Source of the DNA: Tubiluchus corallicola | Taxonomy: Eukaryota > Animalia > Priapulida | NCBI GenBank assembly: GCA_030141605.1 | Contig: JAQGDQ010000567.1 | Span: forward strand, 53,349-117,348 | Reading direction: 5' to 3' | DNA: 64,000 nt | In this document: piece by piece, positions 1 to 16,049 of the stretch | Position numbering within the stretch: the stretch's first letter is position 1 | Layout of the letters: each line of letters opens with the position of its first letter | Translations under genes and position numbers: made by a program | The notes under the pieces: model-generated | The model's database searches: none | Told to the model about the DNA's origin: nothing | What the model saw: only the letters and a program-made list of their open reading frames with translations

Positions 1-670
1 TAGGCAATGACATAATACTGTCTCTTTTTGTTAGCTTCAATGTTTTTAAAAGGTACCCTTTTAGGTTATTTTGTAGGCTTATGCAGTTAATACTGTAATT
101 ACATAATGCCATAATCCTTAGCAAGTCGGATTTTACCAATAATTTTCTTCACATTGACTCAATACAACACGACTGGTTTGAATTTACAAATATGGCATCA
201 CCACAATTTATAAAATTTAAAACACTAGAATAATCACTATTCGAAAAAGTGTATATATATAAAACGTGGCTATGCTCAACAGGTTACTGAACACTTTATT
301 ATCATGATCACAGTTTTCCTTAGTTCTCGCTCCATTTCATCTTTCATTCACTACTCCCCCCCCCCCACTTTTATGTATATATTATTATTATTTCAATTAT
401 TAATCACTTCTTTAAGATTTCCACGTACAGTTTGGCCTGTCAAGCTATGCTTTTAGGCTCAAACTGTATGCATCAAAATTACTCTGTAATGTAATTTGCA
501 CATGTATATACTGCATAAGAATCTCTTTTCTAATTTTTGAATAATGTTGCATTTATATTTATATTGACTTCAGTGAAATTATCTGTTTTTTTTATTATAA
601 CTGTTAGATGCAGAGTGCAAATAAATAAACTTATAAACTTATATAAACTTATATATAACCATCTACCATC

Positions 671-1140
671 CAGGGGCGGAACTAGGGGGAGCGAGGGGGC
701 GCGCGCGCCCCCCTTGTCAAAATTTGCGCCCCCCCTGCAAAATCGGACAAATAATTTTTTTGCAGTGAAAATTGCAGTTCGCATGTAATCATTTTCAATA
801 TGAATTAGAATTAGGTAAAAAAATGTTTGGTAGCTTCAGTGTATTATTTTCTTAAAACTTGTGTGTGATAAATTTCTGTAAATAACAATTTAGTAAGAGG
901 CACATTAATAACGTTAGGTTAACTGAGAGTTAATTTTCTCATTATTGCTCTGTCCGCTACGCTGTCCTACACACACGCTAATTATAGGCCTGCATGCAGT
1001 ATCAAAGGGATTAAAATTGGCTTAACCATTATTTAACCACTTCGGATACCTAGCCCCCCCTCCCCCCAGAAAATTTTTGCGCCCCCCCCAGAAAATTTTT
1101 GCGCCCCCCCCCCCGCTTGCCACATCTAGTTCCGGCCCTG
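671..1140. mobile_element. Non-autonomous DNA transposon (MITE, hAT-like CAGGG termini)
   Basis: Left end CAGGGGCGGAACTAG; right end reverse-complements to CAGGGCCGGAACTAG. GC-rich GCGCCCCCCC subterminal motifs, AT-rich core. TACCATC occurs on both flanks but with a 3-nt offset, so the TSD is imperfect. Confidence 0.7.
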
Positions 1141-4100
1141 CAGTACCATCCCCACCTCACTGCCGTCCCAGTATGTCAAATTCAACTTCCGTAATTTTTC
1201 GTTTTTTTCGAGGACAGTCGCTGATCGCTTTCATGGCCAAGAATCTCACTTCCCACAGCGCGTTGCGGAAACGATCGAGGAAAGAAACAATGTAAATGTA
1301 TCAGTAGACACATTCCTATACAGAGCAAGTCCAGTGGCCTTACATGCCTAAACACTGAAATCTCAAATTACAGTAGCCATTTTAAGACTACTATATCTAT
1401 ATCAGGCTTCAAGGCTACCCCGTCTTCTAATCGAAACAGATGGACGAATCATTTGCAGAGAAGGTGAAGAGTTTTAAAAGGCAAGGGGCCTAGCTGCACC
1501 GGCAGGCACCGTTACCGGCCTTCGAATAAAGTGAATTCATAATTAACCTGCGCGTTAAAACTTCAAGCCGTCAAACAGGTGCAAAAATTGCGTACGACCT
1601 TCGCTGTGTATTTAAACAAGACGGCAAAGATTATAATATAAGGCTAGACAAATAGAAATCTAGCTCAGCGTGCCAGCTATCTTTGCAAGAATAGCACAGA
1701 CTTAAACTAGGATGGTACGAAAAGAGAAAGTAATCAAAACTTGACCCGTTTAACCCAGAAACGCTTCAGTTTCATCAGTGTTAAACATACATGCGTCTTC
1801 GGATTCTCAAGTGTGTGCAATGCTGAAAGTAGGTCCAGAGAACAGTTAACGACAGAGATGAGGGAGAAATGAGGCTTTCACAACCCCTGGTTTATGGTCC
1901 ACAGCAAATGTATCTTTTAAGAATGTTCACATAAAACAACAACGACTTAGGCATCTTAGCAACTTATACAGCGTTTTCTAACAAGAGACATTAGGGACAG
2001 CACAGCGGAACGATTGGTCCAGAAAAGCTTTTTCGACCGTCACACAATCACTTGCAGATTTTGCAAATAAAGAAAAATCTGCATGCAAAATAGTTTAGCA
2101 AGTGGCAGATGAGTAAAAAACAATGGGTTTCTGGGCACTGCTTCTGTCCGCTGAGAATCTAATGTGGCGACATCTGTCGACAATCTTTTGCAAACAAAAA
2201 ATGGTGCTGCTGATAAGAAAACTTAGCAGCAACTCTGGAAAAAAGCCAAAAATAGCGTGAGTCATAACAACCTGAGCCAGTTTTGTGCATAAAGATCTTG
2301 ACATGATATCTTGAGATAGTAAAAATGGATGTACTGATGAGATAGGCCTGAAACTCGGAAACCCTGAAGCCAGTTGTGACATTCCGCATTGTCTGTGTAA
2401 CATTCAAAGCATATGTTGTTATGTACTACTGAGCAAAGAGTTCTACTGTTAATGCTAAAGTTTCCCAACCAAGTTGACGATCACTTTGTACTTGGTTAAA
2501 TATGGAAGAACAGGTTTGTCCAAATCAGCTTATGGTCCTGAAGTCCAATGCCTGACTATAGAAAGTACTAGTACCCTATACAAGACAGCCAAGTAATGGA
2601 ATAAATAGTTGCATCTAGTTAGTGTCTATAATTACATGCAAAATACCTTACAAACTTCAAAGGCTGTGTAGATGGGATTTCCAAATTAGTTTACGACAGT
2701 GGATCACATAAAGCAACTATAATTACTCTTAGCTAAAATTCCTAAATAATAAAACAAAGGCATCAAATTTATGACGAAGTTTATGTTAGGCCCCGCTGTT
2801 TTATTAGTTCTCTGTGTTGTTGGAACGTATGTACGAGGACACGTCAGCCATTTATGAATCTAAATCTGTACAACATGGTGTCCCCCTCAAGGACAAACTG
2901 GTGTATGAGTTGGGCAGATGTTGCATATTCATCAATACAACTGGTCATTAAATTCACTTTCAAGCGCGCGGTCTAGTACAAAGGTGCTACAACAATTTCA
3001 GATTAGCGCTGCTTATAACGGTACCGTGCACATTCGTTAAAGAGTGTATTCAGGCCTGATGATCAGTTAAACTTATTATCGAATGCAAGTACGATTGAAT
3101 TAGAACAATGCATAGTATACTACAATCACTATAACTTGAGTAGCGCCCTCTGGAAAGTAGTTCACAGGAACAGTTACAGTTTACTTTTAGTTATACGCTA
3201 TTAATTTGACATTTGTCATGCGTTGACAAGGAGAGTGAAAAAATAGTTTTGACTTAGTTTTGCACTGCTTTACCTATCATTTTACTTTCATTGAATTGTT
3301 TAACTTTTGCATTGACTTTATATACAGAAATCAAAAAAACTCGATTTTGATTCAAGCTTGTGTTTTTGATCCAATTATTTTGCATTTTACAAACGCTAAG
3401 CTACTGTCAGAGGTTACTGTGGTCTAAACGTTACTGGAACTTGTAGACTAGCTGCAACAGGCAAAGTATGGATCACCCAGATTTGCAATCTGAATGTTGT
3501 AGTGTTCATCATTTACCAGCGTTGAACAATATTTAGAATCAAGGTACCAAGCAACTAAGTCGTGCTTAGCCTCAATTGGTCCTCCTTGAATTCACCTGTC
3601 TACACAGTAACCCTGAAATTCCAACCTCTTGACCCGAGCGCCATGGTTGCTGGCATTGTTCGCGCGTGCACAGAGCGCGCAGACTGGCCCAAAATATTTG
3701 CGGTAGAGATCCGACACCTTTTGTGATGTGAAAACAGTTCCGCAAACCGAGTAACCCACTTTCACTTACATCATGCTGTATGGTCGCGACATCCTAGTAT
3801 GGTACGGACACCCCTGGAGGATCTCACGATGGTGTAATGTTCCGAGAAGTTACAGATTTTCACTATTGCTGTAAACCACAAAACTTACTCAGAAAAACAT
3901 TGTCAGATCCCTCGATTGCAACCATATCTCTATTAATAAATGAAATGGTCCCCTGCACAGTGTAGTTTTATGAAAATCTAAATCTATGCGAATTTATACG
4001 CTTTAAAGATGCAACATGAACATATTATAACATCACCTTTTGATATATTAACTCACCTATCGATAATAACTACATATAAATACAAAATATAACTGCTTAT

Positions 4101-5371
4101 AAGACTTCATATGTATTCCTATAACTCATATTTCTGTTCATGCTTCTATAGCCTACACGTGTTACTTTTTGTTTTAAAGTTTGTTTGTATAAACGTATTT
4201 TTTATATTTGATAATTATGTTATTCGTTTTTTAATATGTTGTGAAATTCTTATTGTTTTTTAAACCTGAAATCAAAGAGAGACGAAATTCTCTAAGAATG
4301 AGAAACGAGTTCTTGACGTCAACCTCTTTGAGAAACTGCTTGCAATCTTATCAATCGGATAGTGGCTATTAAAGCTGAAAATATCGGATATCAAAATAAG
4401 AGTTCTTTATTCAAAATTAAATGTTCTTTATTTTTTTCTTGATTTTTGTTCATTCTTGCGCTTTCTCTTGTCCCTCCAGAGGGGTCAACTCTCTCCTGAC
4501 GCTACTCCCTAAACAGGTTTTCCCAAACATGTCCAGTTACACACAACATTTAAAATTTTAACGCTTTTAGCACCATACAGAAAGATTAACTAAGCATTAC
4601 TACTAGTACTATACGTTATTAATTATTACGGTAACTCCATTTCAAACTTTAAAGTCACCTGCATAGTATTAATTGAAATTTAGAAATTGATGCTTTGAAA
4701 CGTTAATAGACCTGCTATAATTACTGCATGCTTAATGATTCGCAATGTATGGTTCATGTAATTACATGATTCATGGCCTCATGATATTAAAAATAAAACG
4801 ACGAATAAAATAGCAACACATTGCATTTTCATTTCTTCATATCGGCATTGAAGATTTTTGGAAATTCGCCAAAACTTGCTCGGTTTCCTCGCAGATCACT
4901 TATTAAATAAAATGCCTACAGCTTATTCCAAGGGCCAATCAGATATAAATGTCCGTTATACCCCATATGCAGTCTCTACTAGTTCCAGCGGAAAAGTCTC
5001 GGGAGCTTTCAACTGGCAGAGAGGCATGCGGAAGTAGCAACCCAAACTATTCTGTCACTCATCTATAGGTTTGTAGGCTGCGTGTGTAGCAGCCATTGTA
5101 ACACATAACCTACATCGAATTGACTTTTACAATTATAGCACTGGAATTAGATAATGCCGTGCCACTGTTTTAGTTAATACAAAACAGTAGGAGAGCCAGG
5201 CCAAGAAAACATTAGTACTTACCCATAATTAACTGCCATAATTTAACGGGGGTTTTCGCTGAAAACTTACATATGACGTCATTGCGTTTGCCATAACCAG
5301 CTTTAATTACTTAAATGTAATTATGATGTTTTTAAACTCTACATATTTTAAGTTTTTTCATCTTTGCACGT

Positions 5372-5823
5372 TTGACTGCATCTATAGTCAATGCCCACTA
5401 TGGAACGAACTCCGTAATCAAACAAGCAATTTTACTTTGGAATTCTCTACCATTACAGGTTAAACAAATCAAGTCCCTATCAGCATTTAAAAGAAAACTA
5501 AAATCACTAATATTAACCAGATATGAAATACCATCACACCAGTACGACAACATACACACTAATTCAGAATTCATATACCCACGGCCATATTAATTAAATC
5601 ATAGTTTTTTTTTCATTTTTTTGTGCATAGCTGTAACTATGTTTGATTTTATTCGTCGTTACTTTCCATTACTGCACAGTAGTTTAGATTGCACTGACGC
5701 ATTTGCCTTTAGCAGTGTAAGTTTTTATTAACTAACACTGATTGATTATCTCTGTAAAGTTTTTATCAGTGATTATCAATGTATTTTAATGGCAAATAAA
5801 GATTATTATATATATATATATAT
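5372..5823 (+). mobile_element. 3' fragment of a CR1/L2-type LINE (ORF2 C-terminus plus 3'UTR)
   Basis: Translation YGTNSVIKQAILLWNSLPLQVKQIKSLSAFKRKLK matches the typical LWNxLP...FKxxLK ORF2 tail. Followed by AATAAA and a (TA)n tail. Confidence 0.7.
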
Positions 5824-8573
5824 AATGTTTGCACTGAAGCATTTATCTCGAAATTGGCACGTGTGATTCATTTATACTTTCACTTACCGGTCATCTCAAA
5901 GTTTTGTTCTTATTTTCAATACTGATATGAAAATAAAGATCTTTACTTTTGCACAGAAGTATGATCATAGAACAGTGAATAATTACGTAGTTAATATACT
6001 CGCTCACATAGAGCAGAGAGCTTGAAATTTCAACTTCAAGCGGTGTTGGTGGTGTTGATGACGCTGATGTTGACGATAATGGCAAAGATCCAGGTGTAGC
6101 AGAAGCCGTGGCAGCGGCGGCGGTGGTGACAATAACGATGATGTTATGGCAAGGTACAAAGAGAATTTATTAAAGACATGTGACGTGGCAAAGATATGCT
6201 AAACTGAACTAAATAAATAAATGAAAATTAAAGGAAGAAAACACTGTATATTTTTCAGTAAGACGCCATAATGGGGGGGGGGGCTAATGAATATGACGTT
6301 TTCGAAAAAGCGAATGAGGATGATACACGGATTGTTTAGTTAAGAAAGTAGAAATTTACTAAATAAATTTGGAAATACAATAATAGACTCAATTATCTTC
6401 ACGCTGCCTCTTAGTGACCCCTGATCCATGATCTCTGCATGCAGTTGCACTAAATAGCTGGTAATTTCAGCTATCATGACACCAAAAACTGTCTAGCTGG
6501 CACATGTAGGTCCATAGCTCACAATGGCGCGCTGTGGTAATTTCTTTGGTATGCAAAGCGAAAGTAGGTTTTTCGGTTGCAGTCGTGTCTGAGGTCTGCT
6601 TATATGGCTTGTTAGACTGGTCACTGCAATCAACCGTTTGCCTTTGTTATAATGGTAGTTGTACAAGCTTCGGTTAGTTTGGCTAGAGGTATGTGTAAAA
6701 AGTACCGCTTGCACTCTGGCATATCCGTACAGAGGTCATACCCCAAATGTTGAGTGATCATTTGCGCACTGTACGTATGTTTTACAGCAAAACTTGAATT
6801 TAAATTTGCAAATCTCATAGCTAATAGCCCTTGAGCACTCCGATAAACAGTTCCATTTACAGAACATAACATAAAGTACATAACAAATAGCTACTAGGAA
6901 GACAAAACTGGATAGCCGTAAATTTCACCCAGAGTATACCTTCTTCTGAATCAACTAAAATAGTATAGCGGAAAATGTTTGCAAGGTTATTTCTACGTAA
7001 AAGTCCTTTCTTAGCTAATTTAGCTACTGCGATGGTATCTGCAGACCATTAGATCTGCGTAAGTTCATTTTTATCAAAAAGGAAAAACACAGACATCTAA
7101 ATGAAGCTGTTTAACAATTTTATAAGAGCCATGAGGTTTTGAGATATGAAGCACAAATCTCGTTGCGTCTAGAGATTTCAGGTACCTATTTTTTACACTC
7201 GGTTGCTTATACCCTACGGCCGTTATGTTACCTTCGACTGCTGCATTCCAAAAATATATTTATATCTCGAAACCGTTAATCTTTAAAACCACAATCAAGT
7301 TCTTACAGCCGTTTTCAAGTGAAATGAATTAATTATATTTATATTCGATGGCTTAGAACCATTTAGAAATTAAGACTTAACTTTTTCAGCATGCTTTTTC
7401 AAAGCTTATAAACGAATTTTGTTTGCTATTCGGCACCCATTTCGCAAAAAAACACACACCTAAGTGCTGGCAGGTCGTCTAGAAAATAAGTACATTGTAC
7501 GTATAGTTACGTCTATACAGTACTGAGGAATTATACTGTACTTTTGTTACCGCAAGCAAATGTCATAAGCAACTGGCTTCGTTTAAAACTTATTCAAAAA
7601 AAAATTTAGCCAAGTTTTCATACAGCTATTATGTTCGTTGTTATAAGCCTCATAACAATTGTACAAACTTTATCCACCACGAATAATCGAGAATCGGGTA
7701 AAACCGCATCTCTTTTCTGCGAATGTATTGTAAATTGTAAATTTCCCTATTGTAAATTTGTTCGAAGTTTAGATTTCCCAGAAGAGTGGCCTTGACATGT
7801 TCCACGTATACAAATAATATATTAACGCTAATAGTATATAGCTGCAATTCCACTGACTATACACACACACATATGTATATATATATATATAAATGAACCT
7901 ATAAAAATTCCAACATGAGTTTGTAAATCTGTTTTTGTGTAAATTTCCGTGCAATAATAGCTTTCAACAGGATTAATCTGGAATTAAGAACTGAAACGGA
8001 AGAGCCTGCATTATGTAGTCCCTATACATGGTTATAGCACCGTTTACAATTTGGAATTTTGCAAGCCTGAGTCCAGCAATCAAAGGCAGGTCCTACTCAA
8101 GTTTGAGCTAAGATGCTGCCATGCTAATATGAGTCAGTGAAACTGACTTGTTACGAAGGAAATCTCTTATATTGGACGTTGGACCGGCACAGGTATCTTG
8201 CTAGGTTTTCAAACGCTTTTAAATAACAGGGCAAATCGCCAAACGATGTAAACAGAAAAAAAGTCACCCACAAGAGTTTCATCCATCCGTTTACTGAACA
8301 AGCTTGGCGTTGCTTAACCATCACTGTAGTTAAGACATCTAGTAGGATGCATACATATGTTATTTGGCTACACTTTATACAAATAGCATGCCATTATCTT
8401 ACACCACTTCCTCTCAAGAACCACGCCCTCTACACGATGTAATCCTAAAAATGATTTGCATGAAATGACCCTATTATTGGCTATACTGCAACAAAATAAT
8501 GAAGAAAATGATCGATTAAACACATGTTCTGGTTAATGCAGTTTCAGTGTGCATATTATCATGTTTATTAGAA

Positions 8574-9400
8574 TTATAGTAGTGTTACAAGTATTGGTAT
8601 GGGCCTATGCTTCGTAGAAATAAAATAAAAATAGATACAGTAGCGTGTTATAATTCTGACTTGCAATTTAGTTCGTGCCAAAAATAGCTCTTCATTGCCG
8701 TAAACCATATATTTCTGACAAACGTAAATAGCAGGAATCGTCGTCAGGCAAGAAGACTCATAACACACTTTTCACTTTCACTTGTTTTTAAGCATCAGTA
8801 AGCAGCAGTTATTATCTAATTTGGCACGCTGAAGGACGAGGTGCTCCTTATCTTCAGAGGGGTGAAGCAAACGTGTCTTGCTATGGTGTGCAAGAAACAT
8901 TACAGCATTAATTATCATTTCTGTCAAAAGCAAAAGTTTTACTGGAATGAACTTCGTAAATATTGCATTAATACAAGTATGTTGTATCTCTAAGAGCTTT
9001 TGCAAGTATGGACGTTAAAGCTTGTCTTTTGAATTTGCCTCGCTACCTCTATTTTGCAGAATAGCAATGGACCGCAAAGTGTTTCTATATATCTTTTTGC
9101 TCCCATGACCCAGTGAGAGTGAAATTTCCGCACATGTAAATGGAATGTGTTCCACTGTTCTAAATTCATCCTCCATGATAATTGCTGACGAGAAAGTTTT
9201 TTGCATGAAAAGTGAAAGTGATGGTGGCCTTGTTACCTAGGCTACACGCATGCGCTGTTGAGCACTGGTAGAGTGTGGCCAGTGTCTTGCACATTTCAAT
9301 GCGATAGTGGCCTGTCTTTACCCATTGGCTTCTCATTGATTTTTTAGGAGTAGCCTGTGGTAACCATTGTCCAAGGCTGACTTTGCTCTTATCAGCGGTA
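8574..9400 (-). mobile_element. Possible heavily decayed DNA-transposase fragment (Academ/XPG-like)
   Basis: Broken minus-strand frames give LSLGHGSKKIYR, LLHPSEDKEHLVLQRA and a Cys-rich stretch, in the order I recall for this transposase class. Many stops; weak. Confidence 0.25.
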
Positions 9401-10019
9401 GTAAGCAGTAATTCACAAATTTGACAAAATGGATGAATACTTTATTCTGCTAAATGTTTCTGCTGAAAACCAGGCCAAATTTGATGTGATTTGATTTGAT
9501 TTAAGTATTTATTGCAAACTCTAGGTTCATACACATAAAAATACATTTAGGACAAATATCGCACAATGATTGCACAATTATAATGACTTAGTAGCTGAGT
9601 GATGATAACAACAATGACAGCGACGACATCGATGATTATGATGATGACGATGTGGGAGATCATCTTAATCATGATCACAATGTGATGAAAACTGAAGACA
9701 ACAATGACAGCAAAACTTTGATGATAATGTTGAGAATGATGACCATAATAAGTATAATGAAGTATATAGTTGAACAATGGGGCGTTAATAGTGATTGACG
9801 ATGACTGTGATAACAATTATATGACAAAGTAAATGAATGAAAAAACAATAAAAAATACGTAGGCCCTACCGAACGCAATAAAGAAGTATAATACTATCTA
9901 TTTCTTTCTAATGGAAGAAGCAGAGAATGCATCACATTTACTTAAACGCTTGCATATTCTCACTAGTAGTAACCCTAGTACAAAAACTGAATACACATTT
10001 TCTATTGATAACGTCGAAA

Positions 10020-10287
10020 TACTTAATACTGAGATTTGTAGTACTATTTCTAGCACTGGAGTCGTAAGGATATTTTTAGATATTTTCTAATGGAAATGTT
10101 GTAAGCAACTTCTATAACAAACGTACAGAATTGAACGTTGTTTGTATTTTGTACTTAATACTGAGATTTGTAGTACTATTTCTAGCACTGAAGTCGTAAG
10201 CATATTTTTAGATATTTTCTAATGGAAACGTTGTAAGATACTTTTAACAAACGTACAGAATTGAAAGCTGTTTATATTTTGTACTTA
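10020..10287. repeat. Direct tandem duplication, about 132-bp period, 2 copies
   Basis: ACTTAATACTGAGATTTGTAG... starts at 10021 and again at 10153. Confidence 0.85.
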
Positions 10288-12674
10288 CGAGAAAGAAAAC
10301 CTCCATGAAAATATTAATAAAGAAGTAATAAAGCAGTAACAAGTGAGGACGCGGACACTAAATCGTGTGGGTGGGTCAAGTTCAAAGATCAAAAGTGCAG
10401 AGAAGCGTTTCTAATTGTTATACAGATGCAAAGTTTTTCGACGCGTCTAGCTAGACTAAACTTAATTTTATCAGAAGCAAAGTAGAAAAAAATCTTAAAC
10501 GGCGTTTCGCTTAATCGACGTTACGAAGTACGAGGCCTTATAACTGTTATCACCATTATCACCAACATTGCCCAACATTACCAACATTATCACCATCGCC
10601 ATTCTCATCAGCATAAATATCACCATCTTTGTCATCACTGTCATCAACATCATCAACATCGTCATTAGCATTTTCTCGCATCTGTTTGCTTCGCTCCGTT
10701 TAACGTATTTTTTAGTTGTTGTTTATATCGTTAATTTAGTTTTATCCGTGTTGAGCTAATTTAAGTTAATTTCATAATCATAAGTTAATTTCTTCTGCTG
10801 CACTCATAGCACTGCAATGCATTGCTAATTAGTGATTTTATAACTTTTTTTGTACGTGCTAAATGGATGAATAAATAAAAATTTGCGTAAAATCTGAATA
10901 AATCAAAAAACAAAATTCAAAATAGTAATAGTTAATAGTGATTTCTAAATTTTTGCACTTTTTTACAATTGCAGCTTATTAATAAATCACTTGGAAAAAT
11001 TTTTGTTTAATAACTGTTACAACGTCTGATAAACCTGATCAGGTAAAAATTTTCTATATTCAGTGCCTTATCTTATGATACACACGCTGCAATATCTGTA
11101 TTCCTTCAAAACCTGGCAAATTTTAAAATTCCTCTCTACCCACTGAGTGTATTTTTAGAAATATAAGATTTAACGAACTGAACTGGCTAGTTCTCTCATT
11201 TTCCCTAGTGCATCCTATGCTACACTGGTCAGCCAGTCGTGGCATCCAACTCGCTAGGCTAAATACACAAAATAAATTCCAAAAAAATCAAAAGAATTGA
11301 CACCCATGCAAATTGAAGAAACTATAATATTGGGTAGCGATAATGGCAAAATCCTAAGTTCTCCAGTAAAACTGAAATAAATTGTCAATTCCTGCGTTAA
11401 TTATTGATTTTTTTATTTCGGCAATAATTTAGTTTATTAGGCTAACGAGGAATTTAGCCTTGGCTTGCACTTTTTATGCCCTCGCCGCGCGTAACGCATG
11501 GTTTGTTTAGATAGAAAACGAAAGTAGATCAGAGAAAAACTTCATGAAGTCAAATAGATTTGGAGCAGGTCGTCAAGCAATTGTGTTTCTCTAACCCACA
11601 TTCATTTTGGAAGCTGCTGAGTAGCGGAAATTTCTGATTTGACTGAGTGAAAGTAAAAGTAGTTCGGTTTGGGTGCGCAGCATTGAATCGTAATCTGAAT
11701 TAGACAGAGCGAGCGACGAAAGTAAAATTACAAATGTCCATAAAATTTCTACAAAAATACGGAGTACTTACAGTACGTTTACGTTTCTACTGTACCTTTA
11801 CGTTACGATACTCTATTGGAGTTATGAAGTTGCAAAAAAGTAACAATCTTTTGTATGACCAAAATAATATCCATTAAGTGATATATTTGGTTTTAATATA
11901 TTTTACTGCTAACAAATAAAGATAGATTAATCGAGTATAAGCTAAAGAAATTCAAATGGATTTTTTACGATTTTTTTGACAAAATTAAATTTGTTTAACA
12001 GTTCCAAGCCCAGTTACTGTTTCTCTCTAAATTGCAAAATGTGTCATAATGTCCGAAAAACATATTAATTTTTGTTGACTCAAGTGATATTGTGGCCTTG
12101 TATGATAGATGAAAATTTCCAACAATTTTTACCTGATATGTGCAACACTTTAATGGCTGTGCAACGGGGGCGGAGTCTTAACCTCTATGAAGCATAATTT
12201 CTCCCGAAGCAGATTTTACGGTACTTTGTCCAAAATCTAAATGAATAGCAAGTTTTAGGTAATTGCGATGAATCATCATCACATATGATTGAGAAGGCTA
12301 GTTTCCTGCTGCGATGCTATAGAAACGACACCTGTCGGCTGTTAAAATTGCCGACTAGTTTAGCGTAAAGAGTTATAACAATGTTACCTGAGAAACGGGG
12401 TGTGCCTTAAGATTTACTTACTGCAAGGACACATGCCAAGCGCAAATATAATAAGCTTATTATCACAAGTAATTAGATCAATAGGTTTAAATACAGTGAA
12501 AGTGGGGCGAGAAGGTCAGATTGTTCTGAAAATATTTAATCATCAATCAAATATTAATCGCTCTGAGAACAGTCTGACCTTTCTAGGTGAGCAACTTCGA
12601 TTGCTAAGAACGAAAGAAAAAAGAGAGAAATGAAGAAGTGGTAGAGAAGAAAGAGAAATTACAAGAGACAAAAG

Positions 12675-12803
<129 letters not shown>

Positions 12804-14760
12804 AGGAAAAGGTTGAAAAGTGATAAAAGGCAGGTACACGTACGTATGCGCACGGCACGCATGCGTAGAAAGGACAGTTCTTATAACCAACACACATTCT
12901 AGAACTCAAGATGTTCTAACTTTCTATGAAAGTTCATTTTAGTTCAAGGCAACCCTTGCAAGCTAACCAAGCATCGATCGGGCTACTGTCTAGACGAGCT
13001 TTTTACAGCTCCAGCAAGCAATGAAATTCTAGTTTTATGATCTAGGCAATTAAATTTGACTCTGTTCCAGTTACTGGGATATATTCTAGGAAGCGTGCAA
13101 CATAAATTATCCTGCAGTTCCAGGAGATCGAGTTGAATTATAACGGTTAGATAAGATCATAAAGCAATGAATTTGATGAGTTCTCGTAAATTCACGCCAC
13201 TTTGTTACCACTAAAACATTCTGTTTTCTCGGCAGACATTTTTTTGCACTTCTGCGCCCCATACACCAGAATCTACCCCACTCCGTGCCAGGGTCTACTA
13301 TTAATGTTAAAGGGTTGTGAATGGTAAATGGTTGCGGCGGGCCTGAGACGTTATAATGAAAAAATAATTCTTGACGTGTGCACTAAACCAATTGAGGTAT
13401 CTTAGTTCCATTCGGATGTGACTTATACATCTTCCATTATAGAGAACAATGAAACCATCTAAAAGCACCTAAACTATTCATTTCTGAATAAAGTGACAGC
13501 GAACGTGCAATTTTTTTTTCAGAAATTCTAATTTAGTATTGCTTTCGTCCGTTTGCATGATTTCATTTCATTAATGGACTGATACTCGCGTCAATTAATA
13601 TAAAAAAAGGAAATTTATAATTATAATCTCTTGCATTTTTTTGTCAATTAATACCGATTTTCGGTTTATTGATGAAATGTTTTTCCCGAGTTATTATATG
13701 ATTTAAAACTTTCGTAGTGTAGATGATTTTAGAAACAGTTTTCTCAGTCAAAAACACACACACAGAGTTTCACGTAGCTTTACATGCCTTCAGAAGTTTC
13801 GACATTAAAGGACAAGAAAAGGGGTACCTGAAGTGGTTACAGAAAAATCACCTTAAAATTATATTACTTTATAGCAATTTTATGCCTATATCTCACTCGC
13901 ACTGAAAGGAATTTTAGTTTGTTTTCTTTTTAAATCTCCCGCAATACTATTCCGAAGTCGCCATTACATGACGTAATGTACCAAACGTAAATCAAGGGAA
14001 GAAAAGGCAATGTTAAATTATGTCTCAAAAGACTTTCCGTGCAAATCTATATTACTTAGATTTTCGCTTACCTGCCAGATATATTTATGTAACTAGAAAA
14101 CAAAATTATTAATTATTTAAATGTTTTCACCAATTGGTAAAATGTCGCTTACTCACCCTACAGGGTGCACCACTCACTAACCAAAAAACGTATTTTTAAT
14201 CTTATTGACAAGTTACAGTAATTTTAAATTTTACTTAGTTAGTAACTTGTGCGCTACGAATGCTCTGATTATTTTTTCAAACTGTCGTGAAAATGGCTGC
14301 GTCTAACGCTCATCGCGGGAGTTTAAATGTACAGGTTTTATACAGCGTTACTGCCGATGAAGTCCCGGACGCAAAAAAGCAGTTTGTAAGTGGTATAAAA
14401 TTTCAAATCGAATTTTTTAAGCTTTATGTTTTTTGAAGGGTTCTCTTTTGCTTTAACTTTTTACACAGCTTTATTTAATATTTTCCGTCTTTTTCACATT
14501 TCTTTACACATGTGGTTATACGTCTGTATTGTCACAGGGCACTTTTACGGTCTTCAGATAATTTTACATTACTTATACATCTTCAGATTCGTTACATTGT
14601 TTCATATTTTTACATGGCTTCATATGTCTTCAAAATTTTTTACATGGCTTCTCGTCTTTGGATGTTTTTACATGGTTTCACCTGTCTTCCGTTATTTTTG
14701 CCATTGCTTCATGCGTGTTCAGGTGCTTTTACACGTCTTGGTATGTTTTTACATTGTTTG

Positions 14761-15154
14761 CAGGGCCCATTTCAGGGGGGGGAGTGGGGATATTTCCCCG
14801 GGGCCTCACCCTCCAGGGGGCCTCGCGCCAAGTTAACATTTTTATTTGCTTTATGCGAGCATACTGCCTCCTCCCTCCCTCTCTGTCTCTCTTGCCGCAC
14901 GCGCGCCGTTTGCCAGTATTGACAAGTATTAAGGAGTGGTCTTGAGAATAAAAGTTTTTCTTTCAATGGTTCTTTCCTTTAACAACTGTATAACTCCATA
15001 TTTTCTCTTCGAAAATGCTTCTCCGGCCTTCTAGCAGTTCAAAAACTTTCTGGGTGCCAATCATGGTGGCACCCGCCCCCCGGCGCTCCCCCCCCCCGAT
15101 GGGGCTTCACACGCCCCACTTCCCCGGGCCTCGCTTAGGCTGAAATAGGCCCTG
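14761..15154 (+). mobile_element. hAT-type MITE family B, copy 1
   Basis: TIRs CAGGGCCCATTTCAG / CTGAAATAGGCCCTG. Perfect 8-bp TSD ATTGTTTG (14753-14760, 15155-15162). Confidence 0.9.
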
Positions 15155-15401
15155 ATTGTTTGACGTGTCTTCAGATGTTTTTAAATGGCTTCACGTATTT
15201 CTACAAATACACATGGCTTCGTAATTACGTTGTTACGCTGTTTCCGGTTTCTAGAGTTCAGACTCATTCTGACATCTTCTAAGTTATCTTTACACGTCCT
15301 TATAAATCACATGTCTTTAGATATTTTTCACTACAGCTACACTATGTTTTCAATATTTTGGTTCTTTGCTTATTTTACTGCTATAAGAAGGTGCTTATAG
15401 A

Positions 15402-16049
<648 letters not shown>

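Noticed and set aside
1157-3240. Slightly GC-richer block with short ORFs, possibly a decayed DNA transposon or gene
   Set aside because: No frame gives a motif I can identify, and the terminal repeats are too weak to call.
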